Origin: the human T2T-CHM13v2.0 reference genome, Homo sapiens
Reading direction: 5' to 3' (one strand)
Assembly (NCBI RefSeq): GCF_009914755.1
Contig: NC_060944.1
DNA: 64,000 nt
Under the pieces are notes generated by a model. The model saw nothing but the letters and a program-made list of their open reading frames with translations, was not told the DNA's origin and made no database searches. The translations under genes were made by a program, and so were the position numbers. Numbering within the stretch: the first letter of the stretch is position 1; every line of letters begins with the position of its first letter. Below, one piece after another: positions 36,132 through 51,169 of the stretch.

Positions 36132-37716
36132 GCATCTGACAAGCAAGTTGTTCAATGAAGAGATTGTTAGAGCCTGGGGAAGAGTCATCATGTTCAATTG
36201 GTACAAGATGCAATTAACTAATATGATTTGGGACAGCTGTCTCCATTGAGGTCACCAGGGTGTCATGGAGTGAAGCTTCAGGAGGAAGAGCTGACTACTT
36301 CCTACCCTGGGCTCCATTTTTGTCAGGGCTCTACAGAGAGACAGAACTGACAAGATATAAAGAGAGGAATAAAACAAAAATCCAGATATTTCTATAAATC
36401 CGATTATTTGCCAAATTAAATGTGAAAGCTTGCCTCTATCTCTTTCCATTGTGTGCAGATATTTTGCACAGTGTGGATTTGGTCTCTAGGTGTGAGTGTG
36501 CCCTGGACACAATGCATAGTAGACAGACATTGTGCTTCGTTGTAGACACTGTGCTAGGCACGTATTACACATTGCCCCAAATCCTTATCACAAACACATC
36601 AGGAGTATGATGGCCAAGGAGGAAGCTGTGGCTCAGCCCATTGAGGCTGTATATCCAGGGATCAACAGCCAGTAAGTGGGTGTGCTGACTCCCAAGGCCA
36701 AAGCCCACCTACTTGCCAGGTAACTTTCTAGGGATATGAAGGCATTCTATGTTATGATGGTGTGTGTTACATGAGTGTATCTGTCTACCAAAAGTGTGCT
36801 TCCATGATTTATGCAATCAGATATGGGATATAATGGTAACTCATGTTTTTACCCAAGGATTTTTTCATCACCATAAAACATCACTTCTACTCAGCTTTAT
36901 TCTAATGATTTGAGGCAGAGTTTAAAAATCTGTCAAAATTAAATATATTTTTAACAAAGTGAAGACATCTAGACAAACAGACAATGGGGTAGGAAAGATG
37001 GAGCTAAAACCAGGGCTGAGTTTCATTCACAGATGGCTCGAGGTCCTACTCAATTACTAGAAATGGGCTAAATATTCACCTCTAAGCTTTCCAATAAGCA
37101 ACACAGTAGGAACAATATCAACGCAATAGGCCTCAGAGTCCATGAGAAATAAACTAAACAGTTGCTTAGGGAAAGCAGAGCTATTTCTGGTAAGAAATTC
37201 AGAGAGAGTTTTCCTTTGAGTCTTCATAAAGAAGACACTCTTCGATGTAGGGCGCAGCATTAACTACATTCTTATGCAAGTTGTAAAGGCTAAATCTCAT
37301 AAAATCTTTTAATATAGGCCATAACACCAAGCAGCAAAAATAGAGAACTAGAGGATGGGGAGATGGAATTTGCTGTGTTTGGAAATTAATACGATTATTG
37401 GTTTTCTGTGTTCTCACTTAATCCAGGGTTTTAAGGAATCTAGAGAAAAATCAGGATTGATGTTTTTCATTAGTGCGTTTTCTTACAACTAAAGCTCTTG
37501 AACGCTCTGGGTGGTGGGGAGTTTGGGTTGCACTTGGCTTGTGATGAGTTTCCCAGGGAGATGCACTTCTCAGCTGGACCACCTGAGCACACCACCAGGA
37601 AAAGCTTTTGGGTAACCCCGGAGGCAGGAAAATTTCCTATGGGTGCTTTATTCAGCTGTAGTCCTATAATCAGCCTTTCACATAATTTGATAGAACTGAC
37701 CAATGTGAAATGAAAC

Positions 37717-38242
37717 TGTTAATAAGATCCCAAACTCTCCAGAGAAGAGGACTCTCTATGGCTAGTAGAAACACCCAAATTAAAATAATGGAAACCCAAT
37801 GGCCATAGTTAGAGAAGGGTGGTCACGTGCCTTTTGTTTCTGAAGAGGGCAGTTCCAAACAAACATGCTGTCTGTGCCTCTGAGCTAAGACAGTTCTTGT
37901 AAAGGGAGCTGAGGCACCATGGCTGGAAATCTCCTCCAACCAGCCTGAAAGGGCATCCAATAGACACTTATGGTTTGGGGTTTAGAAAGTACCCAGTCAA
38001 GACTGTTATTTTCAACCAATCAGAATTGAATGTGTTCAAATCATTCATTTACATATACAGACCTGATTGAAGACTGTGACAGGAATTTTCTTTATTTAAG
38101 CCAGACCCTTTCTTTGTTCTCCAGAATGTGCTTTTGTTTTCCACCAAAGCCTGTGTCTTCCCGATACCTAGATTGTTTTCTATTTAATAAAAAATAAAGT
38201 TCTCAACTTTTCCTCCACAGATCTCATGGTTTTTTGTTAGCA
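37717..38242 (+). mobile_element. ERV1-class solo LTR (subfamily uncertain)
   Basis: TGTTAA...TTAGCA termini, CCAATCAG box, AATAAA near the 3' end followed by TCCTCCACAGATCTCATGG. Confidence 0.65.
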
Positions 38243-38813
38243 CCTCAAATAGATGTGTATAAAGGTGGAAAAAGCAAATTTCCAGGGCGTTAGCTGGGGT
38301 TAAAGTCTCTGTTTTCACGCGTCGGATTTGGGCTTCATTCCCCAGAACCCACTTCCTTTTAACCAAGTGCATGCTTTCCCTCATGCATATACTTGAGTGA
38401 TTTCATCAGGTGAAAGGAAGATTATAATGAACATCTCAAACTTTATACAATTTGAGGAAGTCCTTTTCAATATTTGTTTCTGTTTCCATCTTGCCAACCC
38501 AGCTCAGGCTGGCCTGACTTCCTTCCACCTTTCCTTTCTTCCTTGTTTACTTCCCATTTTTTGTTGTTGTTGTTGTTGTTGGGTAATTTAGGTATAAGTG
38601 TAATAGTCCTTATCACACTTCATACTAGGGAAATGGAGTTCATGATTTCTGGGTTTGGGGCAAGGATTTTATATTAAAAATCATCCAATGATTGGAGGCA
38701 AGAAGGAAAATCTCTTCTTTGGGGCCTCCTGAGAAAAGCTTCTAAAGATTTTCAGGGAGCCGTGTGTCCCCAGTGGAAACTGAAAGTATTTCATTTGTTT
38801 TATTTTCTTCAGT

Positions 38814-39290
38814 TGTGGTAGATGGAAAAATGGTCACAGTTCTATGCACCTCCACTCATCAAAAGGCAGGATCAGTTTCCCTCTTCATTGACCCTGAGTT
38901 TGACCAGGTTTGGCCAATAGAAGTCAGAGGAAGTGACAGGTGCCAGTTACAAGAAGTTCCACAACCCCTTTTAGAAATCAACTAAACCACTGTGTGAATA
39001 AAGCCAGGTTAGCCTGCTGGAGAATGAGGCCCAATTGCTCCCATCATCTCACATGACAGCCAACCAACCACCAGTCATGTGACTGAGGTCATCTTGGACC
39101 AGCCAAATTCCAACCAACCTTTTCAGTAGACCTCAGACACATGAACAAACCCAACTAAGATCAACCAACCCTAGACAGTTCTGCAGAGTTGCCCAGTAAC
39201 ACACAGAATCATGACCAATAATAAATGTGTACTGTTTGAAGTTGCCACATTGTTAGGTGGTTTGTTATGCCACAAAAACTAACTGACACA
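38814..39290 (+). mobile_element. MaLR LTR (MLT1G-like)
   Basis: TGTGGTAGATGG...CAGAATCATGACCAATAATAAATG...GGTGGTTTGTTATGCCACAAAAACTAACTGACACA. Confidence 0.8.
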
Positions 39291-39788
39291 TCAACTCTGA
39301 AACCTCCTTGGTTTAATCAGGGTGCTGGCAGGTACGGAGCAACTGTGCCCAGGGTAACATTACTTAGTCTCAGAATCATAATTAATTAAATTGCAAGTGA
39401 CAGAAATATAATAAAATCTGACTTACTTAAAAAGGGGAATTTTTTGGTTCACAGAACCACGCTGCAGCAAGTACAAGAGTGCAACTGCGGACTCTTGGTT
39501 GACTAGAACTAGGAATGTGAGCCACATTGAAGTTTGCTCTTTCAGATTCAGTGCAATTGAGTGTGATGGAAACCTTTCTTTAGAAAAGAAAAAAGAAACA
39601 TCATTCCAGGGTATGTTTACCATACATTCTCATGCAGGGAGGGTGAGGTTGATAAAAGATTGATTTTGTATGCTCCTTGCTAAGTAGCTCTGCCCTCTGG
39701 AAGATTCCCTTTGTCTCATGGCCTTTAGAGCTGAGAGCAGAATTAGGCAGACCTCACATGTTGAGGACTCATGGTGGAATTTGTTTTT

Positions 39789-40110
<322 letters not shown>

Positions 40111-40630
40111 GGAATTTGTTTTTCTTTCCGGGTGCCTGGAATCTGAACCACCTTCCTATATTTTGGGGATCCTCTACCCACTGTGGCAGAATCTGGCCCC
40201 CATTATGTAAATGGAAAAGCCCGGATAGTGCGTTCCCAGCCTCCCTTGCAGCTGGGGCCTAGTCAACATGACCTGCCTCTGCCAATCAGGCACCTGCCCT
40301 CAGCTTACAAGACACCTGTGATATGAGGTGGCCATGGCTACTGGGAACCCATTCTGTGATGATGGTGGTCCTGGGCAGCTGGCCCTGGGTTCTGGGGGAT
40401 CCGCAGCAGAGTTTCTAAGGAAAGCACCCAGTGTTCAGTGTCAGAGGTGCATCTTCAGCCAGCAGCTGAAACAGAGGTACTTCTACCAGGCCAGTTTTTG
40501 GGCTGCTGATGGCTGCACTGCTTCCTAGCCTGGCTCCCCTGTCTCCTTCAAGATTCAGTGAGCTTTCCAGAACACATTTTTGTTTGTTTGTTTACATTCC
40601 CCAGTCATTAGCTATTGCATACAACTATGA
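40111..40630 (+). mobile_element. LTR33-like ERVL LTR (its 5' edge is split by the Alu)
   Basis: TTCCCAGCCTCCCTTGCAGCTGGGGCCTAGTCAACATGACC...GCCAATCAG. Confidence 0.6.
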
Positions 40631-41102
40631 AGCCAGGATAAAACCACAGAGCATCTCAGTGAGAGCCCAGGTCCCATCTGTGCTGGTGCCAGCCCTGAAG
40701 CTGGACTCAGATTGGGCCATCACAGGCATGGGGATTTTCCTGTAATGCGATCCCTTTGAACTTTGCATATTTATTTTGCCTTGAGTGACTGTTGGCTTGC
40801 AACCAATGCCAAAAATCGAGTCATGTCATGATTGCTGAACCTTTGCTTACACTCTGAGGCACAGAATCCAGCCCCATGACTCAGCAAGGTGGACAGGTGT
40901 CAGGTCCAAGTATCTTTGCATCCATGGTCATGACCTGAGGAACACTGTCTGCACCATAATCTTACTCTTTTCTATCTGCACTCCGATGGCCCCATTTGAA
41001 CCAGTTTGTTTCTTATGGCATCTTATTAAAACTCAAAAGCAGCAGTACAAAAAAAATGAGAAAACTTTGAAATGTCTTTTTCAAAAATCCAAGATTGTCC
41101 AG

Positions 41103-41580
41103 TGTTCTTATTATTCATTTTTTATGTAACAAATTACTCTCCAGTTTAGTGGCTTCAAATAATAATTTATTATCTCTCATGATTGGGTTCAACTGATGAA
41201 TTCTCATGTGGGGTCTCTCAGGTTATTGCATTTACATATTGGCTAAGAGAAGAAGCATCTTAAGGCTCAGTGGGCTGGAAGTTCAAGGTGGCTTCTTCTG
41301 TCCCATGTCAGATGTCCAGCTGAGATGGCTGACTGGCAGGAGCTGGCCAACAGATCTCTCTTTCCATGCAGCCTCTTGAAGTGACCACCTCGGGCTTTCT
41401 CACGGCCTGGCTGTTGGATTTAGGGGAGAGTTTTCAGATCCAGCACAGTGCCACTTCCACCATATTTTATTGTTCAAAGCAATCCCAGAGTCTCCCCAGA
41501 TTCAAGGGCAGAATAACATAGACCCCACCTTTCAGTGGAAGGAATATCAACGAATTTGTAGCTATCTTTATTCCTCTACT
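41103..41580 (-). mobile_element. MaLR LTR (MLT1H-like)
   Basis: GTAACAAATTACTCTCCAGTTTAGTGGCTTCAAATAATAATTTATTATCTCTCATGA...CCCAGATTCAAGGGCAGAATAACATAGACCCCACC. Confidence 0.75.
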
Positions 41581-41624
41581 TGTTGGCGAGAGTTGAAGTC
41601 CCAAGAGAAAAACCTGTTATCTGT

Positions 41625-42080
41625 TGTCTTAACTTGGATTTCCCCAGAAAGAGATACTGAGGCAAAGATTGTGAGTTCAATGTTACCTGTGGAAACACTA
41701 GCAGGGTAGTGAGACAGAGGAGGGAAGAGATCCAATGAAAGGTACATTATCAAGCAGGTGACTGAGTATAGGAGATAGGGCTAATCCCAGTAGGGAACTC
41801 GGACAATATGTGGATATGTGCAGTCATGCTGACAGAGGTGTGTGGGAGCTGGGATTGTCCACTGCTGCTTCCAGATGTTAACTCCCTGGCACTTCCAGCC
41901 ACTCTGGCATGTGTGTGCAGAGAAGATCTGGGAGCTTTTCAGGTGGAGAGAAGGCAGGCTTAGGGCTGGAAGCTTTCGGTTGGCAGCACTGGGTTGGGGC
42001 ATGTTGATAGGCCACCGGCCATATCTGCACCCTAGTGAACCAGTGGCTTCTCTACCAAAATAGGAGCTGGAGGGACCTAC
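41625..42080 (-). mobile_element. LTR16C-like ERVL LTR
   Basis: TGTCTTAACTTGGATTTCCCCAGAAAGAGATACTGAGGCAAAGATT...GTTAACTCCCTGGCACTTCCAGCC. Confidence 0.65.
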
Positions 42081-45000
42081 GATACTCCTTAACATTTTTC
42101 TTCCTTCCCTTTGTGACTTCGTTCTCCCCTTTTGGAAACTATCACTTGGGATTATCTAGTTTCACCATTTATTGTTTCTGCCACAGAACTTTTTGGTTAC
42201 AAGTTGCAGACTAGCTTGGGATAAAAATAGGGAAATATTGGTTTATGTCTCCAAACCGTAGTAAGGAAAGAGACAGAAGAAGGCATCAGGGATAGCTGGG
42301 TCCAGAAATCCATTACTGTCAGGCCTCTTACTCTTTCTGTCTCTTACTTCTTGCTTTCTCTGCACTTCAGCAGTACTCTCAGACCTGCTTCTCCACAGTA
42401 TGGAAATGTGATTGAGAGCCTCTCAGGGCTCATATCATCCAAGCATTGCTACCAAAAATGAATTTGAACTTCCAAGTTTTAAAATTCTGTGGAATCACTC
42501 AGACTGACACAGCATGGCTCACTTGCCCAGCTCTGAAATGAATGGAAGGCAGGAGTGGGAGATGAGTGAATTATGAACGATAGTTTTCCTTGGAACTATG
42601 CTATTGTAGGGGTTTGGGGACACTATTTCCAAAAATAAGGGAGGTACCTTACCTGGAGTGGAAGCAGAAGCAGTGCTAATCAGAGGAGCTTTCGTCTTTA
42701 AATGAGTGGCTTATAAGACAACATTTCTCAAACTCTAGTGGTTCCCCTCAGACCTCCTGGCCATCCTCTGGAGGGGGCCCTGCAGAGCACAGAGAAGCAG
42801 AGTGAATAAAAGCTCAAGAGTATCCAAGAGAAAATACATATTTGAGAAGACGGCCTGTTCATTGATCAGGGAAAAGTTTCTTCACAACTTCATCCTCCAC
42901 CTTTCCCACCTTCAAAGCCAACTTGTTGTAGCAACAAAGGACTATTTATGTAATAAAAATGTGGAGTCCCCTGCTTGAGGAGTGGGTAGTTTGTAAGGGG
43001 GAAATCTGCATAGGGCCCTGATTGTGCCCTCACCCTCTAGGGAGGCTCTTGGGGACCTCCTGGCTCACAGCAGTCCCTCCCTCTTTCAGCAATGCCTCCA
43101 CTGGGCTCCCAAGGTGGGCAGTCATGGCGACATCATGCAGGACCCCAACTGGTAGTTAACTGACCCAGGGAGGGCCACATGGCCCAAGCTGAGTCTATCA
43201 GATTCTCTTTCTTGGAAAATTTGAATTTTGGAATCTGAACAAAGCTTATCTGAACTATGAGTTTTTGTGGTCAACATGCATCTCAGCTAAGTTTTTCTAT
43301 TATGTATTGGCTATGTATAGTGAACAAATCCTGACTCCAAGCATGCTGGAGAGAAATGATTTTTTCACCCAACTTTGAGGTCTTGAGTTTCTGATGTGAA
43401 AGGGATGCTGGGAATGTATGAGAAAGGATCCTAAAGAGGCAGAGAAAGACAATCAAGTGGGGTGGAGGATGTAAAGAATTAAAGAAATTCTGGAACCTTA
43501 GATAAGGATGCTCCATCATGTTTTCTGTTACAAAGGATTCAAATAAATTGAGAACTGAGTGACCACTGGCACTTGGCGACCTGGTCAGAACAAGTTCTGC
43601 TCCACAGGTACCTGAATTCTCCTTTCCTCACAGGACTGCACTTGCTCAGTGGACTTTTGAGCAAAGCGTGGTGGCAGGCACAGAGCACAGCCCTGGGCTC
43701 CAGAGCCTGCCTTTTCCTTCAACTGGGTATCAACCCTAAAGTTCCATTTTGCCAGACAGAGCAACCTGGCTTGAGCTCCATCCTCAGCACAATAATATGG
43801 ACTCACCATCTCACGCGCCTCTCCCTGGAATCCTCAACTATTTGCAGGGATAGCCCCAGCAGCCTGGCTGGCACAGTGTGACTCTTGCCCTGCAGTCATC
43901 TGTGCTTGATTCTAGGCTAGTCATGTGACCTGAACTTGGCCTATCATATCCTGTTCAGCAGAAATTTTAATATGAAGAACTAACTGAGGCAGGCACTGGG
44001 GTGGCTGGAGCATAGCTAAGCTGATGGCAGCATTTGGAGGGAAGGGTTTCCTTTCTCTGCTGAGCTTTCTGGTTGTTTCCTACCTCACTGCTGGGGTGCT
44101 CAGTCCTTCCTGGAACTCATGAGGTGTCCACTCACCTTTTCATAGACCCTATTTGTTGCTTAGATATTGCAGTTAAAGTTAAGCAGTTGGTTTCCACTGG
44201 TTGCAGAAAATAGAACTTTAGTGATAATATTCACTTGCTTTTTTACCCAAAATTATGAGGACACTTAAGCCCTTTAAATTTAGTCACAAGCAGAAGGAAA
44301 GAGGAGGCTGGGGATGAGTGACAGGTTTTCTTTGGAGGGGTAGAAGGATACTAGTGACTCCTTAATTCAAACGTATGGAAATTCCAAGTTTGTAGCAGCA
44401 AAGCTCAAACTAAATAACTTTTTGTACATTTCAAGAAACTCTAAATAATGCAGAACAATAAAATGCTTTATTTCTAACCAACACTCAATTTTGCAAAGCC
44501 TGATGTTCGAAAGAGGTCAGTGAGATTTAAGAGTTTTAGCTGAACTCTGGATCTATACAATTTTGAATGCCAGAAATTTCAATCCTTTCTGACCTTCTAA
44601 AAAGAATATCCATCTGGGACCATTCAGCAAAGAAAATGAAATTCTGGCCTCCAGGCAGTTCTGCATCTGCAGGCATGAGAAGCATTTTTCATAACCATTG
44701 TGCTTTCTTGGGTGGCTTTGAGCCCCCATGCCACCAAGGACTGTCCAGCTACACGAGTCAGCCTGGAGTGTGCTCCCTGTTCCACCTGAAGCCATGCAGG
44801 CAAAGGCTGCAGCATGAGGCTTCTGAGGCTCCCAAGGTGTGTTCAGATGCTGTGTCTTTCCCCCCACCTCATCTACAGGTCAAGCCCAGGTAAGATGAAC
44901 GCCCTGCCCTTTGCAAAGGCCTTGTGAAATGCAAGAGCAGCTTCCACAGAGAGATGCAGACACTGAGGGCCCATGTAGCTGAAGCCTCAGAAGCTGGTCC

Positions 45001-45849
45001 ACCATGTTCTGCCAGAACAGGGGAATCATCATCCTTATAACCACCCGGAAGCATGGAGACAGGGCCTCATAAATCATGCAGCACAAAACCCTGGTTGGAC
45101 AGCAGGCAGGGTGGCAGCCCTGACACCCACAAGGATTGCCTGGGGCTGCAGCTCATTAGTGGTACCTTGAAAAAGCTGGAATCTGGGTGTCCCCAGGAGA
45201 TCTTTCCCCGCCTGCTGGCTTCTTTCCATGGTGCTGTTTGCCTGCTGGCCCCTGGTGAGGGCCCTGCAGGGCGGGAAAATGGGGACTTCTTATTCCTTTC
45301 CACTCTGTGTGAATTGATTTTCCCAACTAAGCCCCAAGTTCCAGTAACTTACTGGGTTGTTGGAGTCACTGGCTATTTTAAACTATCATTTTCATCTGAA
45401 GCATTTCACTCTTTAGACTGACATTTAAATGCATGTTCAAATGTGGGCAGCCTTCCCTCAGAGCCCAGGCACTGGGCTGGACCCATGCATAGATGCTCCT
45501 CCTTTGCCCCCACGTGGAAACCACGAGACACACACTCCATGCCTGCTGAGGAGGTGAGGAAAACAACTCCAGAGAGTGTAAGAAGTGCATGTGCAGACAC
45601 ACACAGGACCGGGTCCCCTTGGTCCTAGGGGCTGTCCTAGAGGTGAAGTCTGCGCCCCTCTCCTCCCACCTCCTCCTGAGCACGTTGCTCCTCTGCAGCT
45701 TCTTGTGCTGAATGTGTCTCCCCTGCAGGCCTCTTAGCATGTGGCCTGAACTTGGGGTGCAATGGCTCTTCTCTCTCCTCATTGCCACTTCCACACCACT
45801 CTCCCTCCTTAAAATCCCAGCCCCGAGGCTCATGACGTGAGCCATACCA

Positions 45850-48110
45850 CCTGCTGCCCCTCTTTAGACAGTTGGGTATAGACCCCTGTGGCCGTTTTCC
45901 TTTATTCCTTGGAGGTTTCAGCTTCCCTGACCATCCAGTCCTCCACATGGAAGACCACGCAGAGGCTCTGTCCAGTGCCCTAGCCTCGCAGCTCCTTCGC
46001 GCCTCCATAACAAAGCCTTGCCCTCCACTCACTGCAGCCACTCATGCTGCCCACCCCCGAGACCTTGTCATTAGCAAACAAAACAGGGAAACTTCTATCA
46101 TCTGGATTCAAAGCAGCCCACATCCTTACCACCTCTTATCTTAACATAATTTAATAGTTGCAGAAAAAGTCCCCCACACCAAAATTTAAAAAAAATTAGT
46201 TGTACACATGCAGGGCAGGATAGATTTGGCTAAACAGAAATCTAAATGATATAAGCTGAAATAAGCAAAGGTTGTGTTAATGGAAATTTTCAGTATTGGA
46301 GCAAAGACAGAAATCCTGCTGTAGATGAACTGGGGAGGCCAGGTCATAGCACCATGCCCATTTTCTGGTAAGACTATTGAGGTGAATCCTCTTCAGGAAT
46401 GTTGGAAGTGAAGACGTCCATGATACCTAGTGGGTGAGGTGAGTTGATCCTGGAGAAGTGAAGTCTCAGTGGCAATGTTGGTCCTGAGGCCACTGGCCAT
46501 ACTGTTAAAAAAATTTTGATTTATGACCAACTCATTTATCATAAAAACCTATTTTTTATGAGAAGTTTGTAACTTCAGAAAAAAGTCTAAAGATTTGGCA
46601 GTGTTAACTGCTTTTGCCCATGACTACCACAGGGGCCCCTTGGGTTCACTACAGGCCTCACCCTGTACCCTCCTCCACCTCTACCCAACCTACTCCTGTT
46701 TTCTCCTCATTCTACTCCAATTGAGTGTCCATGCCCTCCACTCAACCAAAACTGCCCATTTCAAGGTTACTATTGATGGCCACACTGCAAAATACAGAGC
46801 TGAATGCTCAGTTCTCACCTTACTTGAAGTTCCTGCAATGTTTTTGTTGTACTTGAGCCAACTAGCAATTATTACATGCAATTGCTCCCAGTGTGAGGAA
46901 GTCAATGGGAAGAGATAACCAAGAAGTACAAAACACTTTTTGCAAACTAACCACACATTTATTCCCATTTAACAAGTTAATTAAGCAATTAATAGATAAA
47001 ACAATTAGGGTGAATTCAGCAGTCAAGCCATTATGTGAGCTAGCTTCTTGCCTTGGAGCTAATTTCCTAGGTTAGAAGGGCAGCACTACCACCCCTGGGG
47101 ATCTGTCCAGTTGGTCAGGCTCTCCTAAGGCCTCCAGCCTCCTGGCTACCCCCAGCCAACACGGAATTGACTTCTGGTGGATGATATCTTCATTCCATCT
47201 CCTCAAGGAAATCACACAGTGACAACTCCGTGCCCTCCAGAGAGGTTTCTGGAGACCAAAGCCTATCTTGGTATTTTGGTTGCAGACTGAGTTTTTGTAT
47301 TAAATATTTGCTTCTTTGGGTTTTTTTTTGTTATTTGTTTTTTTTTTTTTTTTTTTTGACGTTTTTTATCCTTGCAGTGTCTCAGGGTGAAATGTTGGAA
47401 TGATAGGCTATGCGTCTCCTCTTCCACACTCACAGCCAGCCTAAGAGCAAATTTAGAGCCTCGCCTTTCAGCACAGATCCGGATTCTGGCCACTCCTTAG
47501 AGCCTCCACCACCTCCACATGGATCCAGCAAGACCATCTTTTTTGGGGCGATGGCAAAGGCCTCCCTGCTGCTTTCTCCGCACCTCCCTTGCCACCCTCT
47601 TCTCCCAGCCATGCCAGTGTGGCCTTTTGTAATGTGAATTTTAGAGTTCACTCCCCTGTTCAAAACCCCATTCCAGGGTAAAAGCTAAAGTCCCCCCATC
47701 TGCTCCCACCCAGGGTGACTCTCCAACCCTCCTTCGCACCCCTTGCTCACTCTGTTTCAGCCATGCTGACCTCTCTGCCTCACAGCCTTTGCCCTTTGCC
47801 CTTTGCCCTCTTGGCTTCCTCTGCTGAGAACGTCCCCACCAGCCATCAGCCTGGCTCCTGTCCTTTCCACCTTCTTTCCACACACCCATCTCTTCCTTCC
47901 CATTTACCCCACTGGATTCTCCCATAGCACCCACTTTCTAGGCCCCATGCACTTTACTGAGTGATTTGTTATCTGTTGCCCCCACTGTAAAATCGGCTTC
48001 ACAGGTGAGGGGATTTTTGTTTTTTTTCCCCCACTTCTGCATTCCCCAAGAAAGTAAGTGTCAGATACTGAGTAGGTGTTCCAAGGTGCCCGTTGAATGA
48101 ATGAGGAATA
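45850..48110 (+). mobile_element. Scattered L2 fragments
   Basis: CCAAAACTGCCCATTTCAAGGTTACTATTGATGGCC (~46745); 3' end AGTAGGTGTTCCAAGGTGCCCGTTGAATGAATGA (~48070-48104). Confidence 0.55.
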
Positions 48111-51100
48111 AGCCTAGCTGTTTGGTGTGTTCCTTGTGAGCCTTCTCTTTGTGTTTGAACATGTTACCAAATCATGGCAAGGATAAAATCTGTGTCTTTT
48201 CAACACTGGTGTTCCCTTTCATATGTGATCATTCATCCCATAGAATTTGGTGTGGTCGATCACTGGTTTCCATGAAGTCTGTCCCAATACTAACAGCAAA
48301 CACTGAATTCGCAAATGGTTTTCTACCAGCTGACTAGGAGAGGTATACTAAATATCTTACTAAATTTTAGCTTATTTGCTTTCAGTCATATGTAAAAGCC
48401 AAAGTAGTTTAAACCTAGTCAAACAAAATCCAACCTCTGGTCATGTTTTCTTCTACTAATTTCAATGTAGTGCTTGGTAATAATTAGACATATTAATTGA
48501 AGACTTTCAGGAGACATGATGGTTAAATTCCTGGTGTCCCGCAGAGCTGACCTAGCATAGCAATAGCTATTGTGGGTTTGACACAGAGTGTGGGTTTGGG
48601 GATAGAAACAATGTGTGGCTGCTGGCTTCATTTCCTTACTATTAATGGGCTGTGGCTGAACCTGGCATTTGTGGAGACAGTGGGCACAGGCTTTCTCCAT
48701 GGCAGTCGCTATCACCAGGGCATTGTGGAGAGGCATGTCAGTTTCAGAGTCCTCTAAAGCCAGCTCAGGAGGGTGCACGAGGGGCAGGAGAAGGAGGGGC
48801 CCATGCTGCCATCACCATCACCCACCAAGTGACACAGATTCAGTGTCACTGCAGACAAGTGCCATGTATATGCAATTACATAAACAATGGGGGCACAGGG
48901 AGCTCCGGAGCCAGTGGTGGCTGCAGCTGAATGCACCACCCAACCTGCTGTGCTCTGGTGGGGCTTCTCTAAGGGGACCTCATTTGACGGCACCATCTCC
49001 CTCACTGGCACCCTATCAAGAGAGCACACCAGCTTCCATCACAGGTCTCTTGATCTGGACAAAGTCATCCCACACAAAGTACTTGATTCCAGAGATGCAG
49101 AATATCTCATGATACATGGAGGCCAAACTATGTGATGCCCTGATGAACGCAGAGAGCCCTGGAGGGGAAGAGGCAGAGGTCAGAAGCAGAAGCTATTTGC
49201 TTTCTGCCTGGGTGTGTTTGTTCCATTACCCTGACTGATGGGAGTGATTGTTCCTTTATTTTAAATATGACTCAAAAGCATCAACACAAGCCAATGCCAG
49301 AAATCTGTTCCTAGGCAAATGATAGAAGAATCACTCTAGTGAAAATGTTTAGTTTGTCATGAATTTAAATCTGTGGTCCTTGAGGTATTTTGGGAATTTG
49401 TGAGGTCATCTTTGCTTGACACTGTGATTGTCAGAGCCCTGATGGTGTTTATAGGCAAAGATCAATGACACTAAATGTCTTGCAATGCACAGGACAGGAA
49501 AATAACCAATAGCTATCATAACAGAAAATGCCGAATTCTCAGGGGCTTAGTACAACACTGATTTATTTCTTGCTTGAAAGGAGTCGAAGCAGGTCTGGCA
49601 GCCAGTCACACCTTGTACAGCTCCATCTGGAACACACGGCCTTGTAGATCCCTGTGAATCCCTGTGGGGCTCTGTGGGTCCCTGTGTGTCCTTGTGGCAA
49701 GAGCCAGGGAGCAATGGAGGAAGGGCACACACTCTCACTTGCTTCAGCCCTGAAGTCCCATAGACCACTGGCCACTGCCACAGACCGTCCACAGGCCAGA
49801 CTGAGTCACGTTGCCACAACCTGCCAGCAAGGGAAGCTGGGTGGCCAGATGAGCCCCGTCTCTGATGACGTCTCCTATGGTGAAGGGTTATACCATATCC
49901 CCGGGGTCCTGATTCTTGCCAAGGAGGAATTCCCTCAGTTCTGGGAACATAGCAGGCATAAGAAAACAGGAAAAATTAACTGCTGATTGTAGGGGCAAAT
50001 GCTTTGTCTCTTACAGGTCTGTTTTATCAGCCTAACCAAAGAGCTGATTTTTAAAGTTAAGCAGATTCTTTCTTACATTTTAAGATAGTTTTTGTCTTGG
50101 GTGGTGAAATTTTAGCATAGCCGCTGGAAATATATTGCTATCTGAAGCCCTGAAAACCTGAATAAATGTCATTTTTAATTTTAACATTTGACAGATGAGC
50201 TCCCTTTCTAACACTTTGAACTCTGAACTGATGGCCTTTGGTGTTTTGTGTGTGTGTGTGTGTTTGCAGCCATCAAATTACAGAATAAATATGCTTGCCT
50301 TCTCTCTACTGTCCTGATCAAAACAATGGTAGGATTTAGTTATCTAGAGAAAGATCAAGCTTTTAGTTTTAGCTGCAGCACTTGGTATAAACGGTTCTTC
50401 ATTCTGTGCCTAAAAATTTGAAGTTCAAGCCAGAACAAAGAAATAGAATCTGTGTAGAGGCAAGAAGATGGCGTGAGTTCCACACCTTGAGGCTGATGCA
50501 CTTTATCCATAGAATTACTCCTTCCTTAGGTTGGGGCAAGTTTTAGTTCAAAGACAGATCTAACATGCTCATTTATCATGGTCCTTAGAACACAAGCTGG
50601 AGGCTGCAAGCTAAGAGAAACACCAACAGCAGCAAGCATCAGCAGAACATAGGGTGTGGAGATGGCAGAAAATGCCAGAAACTGCTTCAACGGCCTCTGA
50701 ATGCAAGATCGAGTACCTACTCGTGCCTTAATAGGTTCTGTATAATGTATGGCTGTATGATAATACTAAATACCTGATGCTTGTAATTATGGTCTTGAGT
50801 TATTAGGAAAACAATGATTATATTTAGAAACATTTAGTTAAGTAGGCAAATAAAGGTATTACATATTTTAGAAAAAAATTTTATTTAATATGCTACATGT
50901 AGGTTGGCATTAAAATAAGTTTACATCATCTAGAATATTTAGTTCTCTGCTGATGCTGAATATGATATTTCATGATTCAGTTTTGCTATTAATAAAATAA
51001 AAACTGGGCTGATGGCATCTGGTCTCCATCCTTCTCTATATGACAATGTGGCTTCGGTGAGCCCCTAAAGGCCCAGGAAAGCAGACTTGCTCTGCACACT

Positions 51101-51169
51101 GATGACACTGAATCTGGTACTGCTGGTGATGCTTTAGAGTGGTGGTTCTCTAGTGGAGCAGGGGGGTGA

